A DNA stretch of 64,000 nucleotides from an uncultured delta proteobacterium (GTDB taxonomy: Bacteria; Desulfobacterota; Desulfomonilia; Desulfomonilales; Desulfomonilaceae). The notes beneath the pieces are model-generated. The model did no database searches and was not told the DNA's origin. It saw nothing but the letters and a program-made list of their open reading frames with translations. Both the position numbers and the translations under genes were made by a program. Location of the stretch: assembly GCA_963789265.1 (NCBI GenBank), contig CAWBKB010000008.1:32001-96000 (forward strand). The letters run 5' to 3'. Each line of letters starts with the position of its first letter. Position 1 is the stretch's first letter. This document shows, in pieces, positions 59,781 to 64,000 of this stretch.

Positions 59781-60872
59781 TTAGAACCCTGCAAAAGTGG
59801 TTCCCGGGGTGGTGAGCACGCTCACGAGTGATCCGACTTGCGCAACTGTAGCCACGTACTGCCTCATGAAAAGCTGTATATCACCGATGTAGGTCTTGGG
59901 CACGTATAAGACGTCATAGGGCTTAACAAGAATAGCCGATGACATATCCCCGACATCCAGGGTCTTTTTCAAATCTAAACGCCTTCCGATGGGTCTCCCG
60001 TGCACGTCCTTCGAGACAAGGATCACACTGGTGAGGTCCGCCTGCTCTGTGATCGGCCCCTGAGCCAGGGCAAGGGCCTGCAGTGGAGTGATGGGCTGCT
60101 TTAGATCATACGCGCCGGGCTTTTGCACTTCCCCCAGAATATAGACCTTCCGGGATTGGGCTTGCAAAAGGGACAGGGAGGCTACCACATGCTTGAGCGG
60201 CCCGGCCGTATATCTCTCGTTAATCGTACTCTCAACCTCTCCAACAGTATGTCCGACCGCCATTATCCTTTCATGTAGCAGAGGCAGATCGATGGTTCCG
60301 TCGGGATTTACGAGGACCTGCATTTGCTGGCCCCCGGTAAGCGTGGTGAGAGACTCCACCAGCTTGCGGATCTTCTGGTAGAAGCTGACCACGTTCACGG
60401 TAACCATCTTGTAGTTCTTCATTTTGCCGCGTATCTCTTCCTTGGTAAATATGTGGGTTTCCAGGTACTTATTTTCGATCCTCTTGGCCAACTCTTCGGG
60501 AGTGAGGCCGGCCGCCATGATGTCACCGACCCCAGGTAGAGTGATCATTCCATCGGGGCGGATGGAGACCTTCCTGTTCAGCGTGGGATCGAGCATAAAT
60601 TCCACATCGACCTCGTCGAGCGTGTCCAATCGGTAGGAACCGCGGGGAATCGACCATTGGGTCTGATATATGATGCGAAGAGTGTCGTCCGGGCCGAGTC
60701 TGTAATTTCGGCAGACTACGTCGAAAGCTTGAGCCAAATCTTGGAAATCAGGGGGTTTTTGAGGACCGGGAAATGGCCGGAATGGCGAAGGCACCAAGCC
60801 GATGCACCCTGTCAGCGCCAAGCATCCTGTGGCGAGCACGATCAATCTACGCCAGTTTGTCGTTATACTCAT
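59781..60872 (-). CDS. wza: Polysaccharide export lipoprotein (Wza family)
   Basis: Lipobox LALTGC, YRLGPDD, IRPDGMITLP.VGDI.AAGLT, VYILGEVQKPG, PYDVLYVP. Confidence 0.85.
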   Translation of the reverse strand: MSITTNWRRLIVLATGCLALTGCIGLVPSPFRPFPGPQKPPDFQDLAQAFDVVCRNYRLGPDDTLRIIYQTQWSIPRGSYRLDTLDEVDVEFMLDPTLNRKVSIRPDGMITLPGVGDIMAAGLTPEELAKRIENKYLETHIFTKEEIRGKMKNYKMVTVNVVSFYQKIRKLVESLTTLTGGQQMQVLVNPDGTIDLPLLHERIMAVGHTVGEVESTINERYTAGPLKHVVASLSLLQAQSRKVYILGEVQKPGAYDLKQPITPLQALALAQGPITEQADLTSVILVSKDVHGRPIGRRLDLKKTLDVGDMSSAILVKPYDVLYVPKTYIGDIQLFMRQYVATVAQVGSLVSVLTTPGTTFAGF

Positions 60873-61196
60873 GAACTTGAAGTCTTTTTATCAAGTATAA
60901 CATCCAATACGTGGCGCTATATATCATAATCATAAGGAAAATGTTACTATAAAAATGCTATCCTCCCCCCGTCCGAGTCTCTTTGCTCTCTGGACCCGCT
61001 TGGAACCGGCAGCAGTCAGGCCTGTCGCTCTAGCCTTTGCACAGGATTTGAGCCGCGGCGAGATCATTCTTGAACATCTTGCGGTAGCGGTCCCCCGGCA
61101 TCTCCGAACAAGCGCCCCTGGAAAGCCCGTTGGTGTGACGGGCTCGAACTCAGTGTCGTTGTGCGCCCGCCGAGAGGATAGATCAACCAATTTGAG

Positions 61197-61423
61197 GTAA
61201 TCGTTCACCGCGGAGATCGCAGAGATCGCAGAGATCGCGAAGGGTTCTGTTTTCTGTGCCATTCTCCCAGGTGAGGCGCAAGGGATTCCGGTCTCTGGCA
61301 CTGAAAGTGCTACCGGCCTGACTGAGTAGCCCCGCTACTTATGTGGGCTTGCGGAAGCCATTTTTTCTCTCTGCGTTCTCGGCGCACTCTGCGGTGAATC
61401 CTGATTGCCCGCCGAACGACTAC
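61197..61423. mobile_element. 227-bp MITE with 8-bp target site duplication
   Basis: IRs gtaatcgttcac / ccgaacgactac; AATTTGAG at 61189-61196 and 61424-61431. Confidence 0.85.
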
Positions 61424-61806
61424 AATTTGAGGGAGCCGCACATCATTCGGTTGAGCCCTCAAAGTTCAATCACTATGTCACGAGTCGGTCCCCCCTATTG
61501 GCTCCAAAAGAAAAATTCCGTCTCGGCCAAGTGCAGTATGGGTGCCGAGACGGAATTGATAAGACGGGGCACTCCGTGAAAAGTAATTGGCGATCCTGCT
61601 TAATATACGAAGTGCAGCCCCATTTTCATTCACGCACTATTAGTCGAAAGATACTCTTTGATTAATTCAATCCTATGAGTTTTTGGTTAGAAGATAGTTA
61701 GAGTGCGAAAGTGCTTTAATGGCCGCACAGCTTCAATTTTGAAGAGCAGGTGTCGCTTGGGCCGGGTATGAACCAGTGTTTGACGGATTTGTCACCGGCC
61801 AAAGCT

Positions 61807-63270
61807 TTAGGCAGCGTGTTCTCCCATTTCCGGAGTTACGGGAATCCACGCGGTGAACATCGTACCGGTCTCGTCGCTTTTCACGGAAATAGATCCGCGA
61901 TGGTCCTCGATGATCCGTTTCGCCAGCGTGAGGGTTAGTCCTGCTCCGTATGCTTTTGTCGTGGAGAACGGATCGAAGATTTTCCTGATGTCTTCCGCGG
62001 GTATGACTGCTCCGGTATTGTAGACACGCATCTGAAAATACGCCTGAGAATCCAGCTTCGCGGCCTCTCTAGCCTTTTCTCCGGGCCGTGAAACGCCGGT
62101 GTCGATCCTGATCAATTCGCCTTCCGTGGCAACCTCGATCGCGTTTGAAATCAGATTCCTGACCACTTGTTCGAATCGGTCCGGGTCCACGAGAATTTCC
62201 CCTACTTCGCGACTGAGGTTCGATTGCACGCGGATCTTTCGGTCACGGACTCGCTCTGCGCTGATTCGAAGAATATACTCAATAAGAGAGTTTGGATTTA
62301 TGGGTTTCAAATTCACACTCTCTTGCCGTGTGTAATCGATGAGGCCTGCGAGGATCTTTTCCAATCTCCGAACTTCCCGGATGATGATTCCGAGCCACTC
62401 CCTGTGGGCGTCTCTCATGGACGAGGTGTCTCCGGCACGCTCCTTCAGCATGCGCCCCGCGAATCCTCCTATTATAACCAGAGGCTGTCGCAACTCATGA
62501 GCTACTCTGGCCGTGTGATCGGCAAGGACCTGTGCCTTTCCGGTTTCGATTATGTGCTCGTACAGTTGGTCGATTATCATTATTTTATCGACTAGTTCTG
62601 CTTCCACCCGTTTGCGCTCAGTCAAATGCGTTCTCACGACTATTAGAATTCCCAACCAGGCCAGTGATGACGCCACCATGCTGGCACACCCGAAGACGAC
62701 CCCAAGAAACTGTTTCTTGCGCGTAGCCCGGACGTCATCGTCAATGCGTTTCTCTACGCTCGCGTCCACGGCCTGTATGCTGCGTTCGAAGGATCTCCTT
62801 GCTCCCTCGTAGCGGGGCCCGGAGATCAGCTTGCGGGCCTCGCTAATTCTGTTCGTCCGGGCAAGTGCCATCGAAAGATCCTCTGTTTCAAGCATCTGGG
62901 AGTAGGCTGTCTTTGCCTGAGCAGCGTAATTTCCTTCGTATGCGGATCTTGCGAGCACTGCCACATCCGCCAGGGCGGAATCGAGTTGGGGTTGGGTTTT
63001 CCGATACTGTTCCTCCCATTCCGGCGATCCCGTTGTCGACATCATGAGCACAGATTTATGGAGCTTGTCGTTGAGATGGGAGACCAACCCCACTAGTCGC
63101 TGGAGCCTCAGATCTCGGCTCACCAGTGCGGTGTACGAGGTATATGTGGTCCAGAGGATGTAGACGATGGCCGGCACGAGCACAAGGCTGATTATCCAGC
63201 CGGCGGTTAGAAGCCTGACAGGGCCGTCGTCACCACGCGAGAAGAATTTTCCCAGCTTTTTTCTAAGCAT
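61807..63270 (-). CDS. Membrane-bound sensor histidine kinase
   Basis: Two TM helices around a periplasmic domain; VAHELRQPL, NLISNAIE, FDPFSTTK..GAGL. Confidence 0.9.
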   Translation of the reverse strand: MLRKKLGKFFSRGDDGPVRLLTAGWIISLVLVPAIVYILWTTYTSYTALVSRDLRLQRLVGLVSHLNDKLHKSVLMMSTTGSPEWEEQYRKTQPQLDSALADVAVLARSAYEGNYAAQAKTAYSQMLETEDLSMALARTNRISEARKLISGPRYEGARRSFERSIQAVDASVEKRIDDDVRATRKKQFLGVVFGCASMVASSLAWLGILIVVRTHLTERKRVEAELVDKIMIIDQLYEHIIETGKAQVLADHTARVAHELRQPLVIIGGFAGRMLKERAGDTSSMRDAHREWLGIIIREVRRLEKILAGLIDYTRQESVNLKPINPNSLIEYILRISAERVRDRKIRVQSNLSREVGEILVDPDRFEQVVRNLISNAIEVATEGELIRIDTGVSRPGEKAREAAKLDSQAYFQMRVYNTGAVIPAEDIRKIFDPFSTTKAYGAGLTLTLAKRIIEDHRGSISVKSDETGTMFTAWIPVTPEMGEHAA

Positions 63271-63612
63271 TTCAAATTGACCTCGCTCGCAAAAAGCTAG
63301 TCAGACGCACTTGGCTATCCAACCTTTCGGGCCGCAAATTCTGCACCTTCACCGGCTAAACCGCGCTTCGAAGGATTCTCGTTGGATTCCCGTATTGTAA
63401 TCTAGCAAGGGATTGTTAGAAATATGCTAGCACTGCTCGGCCGGACCTTTACTTATGCATGAACCGGTTGTTCCACCCTGAAGTTGGGACATATCAATGT
63501 CAATGAAATTGCGGTTGCAAGACGGTTCGGCCCGGTGTTATCCTCATACGTAGATCGTAGCAGATAGGCACTGATGCTCGGTCAGGCAAAACCAGTTCAG
63601 AGGAAGACGATT

Positions 63613-64000
63613 ATGTCAGGTCAAGAAAAGAGTGCGAACGAGCTACAAAGCCAATTCACGGATGACTTCTTCTATTTCTTCCTGAGGGTGCGCAAAGAGA
63701 GAATACGTAAGGTAGTACATCGCTTGAAAGGCCAGTATCCGGATGAAAGCCCCGAACAATTGGCGCGCCGACTTACGTCCTCTCGATCGACGCTTTCTTT
63801 CCTTGGCGGCTCCCTGCTTCATCTGCCCATGCTCTTACCCGGTATTGGACAGGCTTGGAAATTCCTCGGATTCGTCGGCGGCGCATCGGCCCTGACTCGG
63901 ATGCACTTGTATCTGATTCTGGAGATCGCCTTGCTGTTCGGGAAAGATATTGACGACCAGAGTCGCGTTCCAGAGATGACCGCTGTCATCGCTGCTACCG
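63613..64000 (+). CDS. EcsC-like protein, partial (runs off the right edge)
   Basis: MSGQEKSANE...YPDESPEQLARRL...LPGIG...LILEIALLFGKD; RBS GAGGA; no stop before the edge. Confidence 0.7.
   Translation, partial: MSGQEKSANELQSQFTDDFFYFFLRVRKERIRKVVHRLKGQYPDESPEQLARRLTSSRSTLSFLGGSLLHLPMLLPGIGQAWKFLGFVGGASALTRMHLYLILEIALLFGKDIDDQSRVPEMTAVIAAT

Noticed and set aside
63540..63612. c-di-GMP riboswitch near ggcaaaacc
   Set aside because: The GNRA-capped P2 stem and the following GCAAAG segment are absent.

Overview
Chromosomal window from an anaerobic Desulfobacterota-type bacterium; gene content and repeat families look Desulfomonilia-like (inference). In order: a saccharopine-dehydrogenase-family gene and a Kat-like class III aminotransferase; a CheB-CheR-PAS fusion, PAS sigma54 activator and PAS kinase, with an IS1182 element between the first two; a ~25 kb convergent catabolic island (two FAD oxidoreductases, a CCG Fe-S protein, PanE-like reductase, three CoA ligases, acyl-CoA dehydrogenase, xanthine-dehydrogenase-family Mo enzyme, LIV-type ABC transporter with three binding proteins, MarR) whose three sigma70 promoters share an ATTGTTAA-N4-TTAACAAT palindrome; a complete group II intron; gcvT-H-PA-PB; an accessory patch (EndoV, NTPase, HesB-like, cassette-like GNAT, Gly/Tyr-rich peptide); perR-rbr-cydAB; wzc and wza; a histidine kinase; a partial EcsC-like gene. 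Intergenic DNA is a nested set of small mobile repeats: MITEs with 8-bp target duplications, REP-like hairpins, a 17-bp palindrome substituted into several repeat families, an IS inside a REP loop and an intron inside a MITE end. About ten single-base frameshifts in otherwise intact genes look like sequencing errors. No rRNA, tRNA or CRISPR array was seen.
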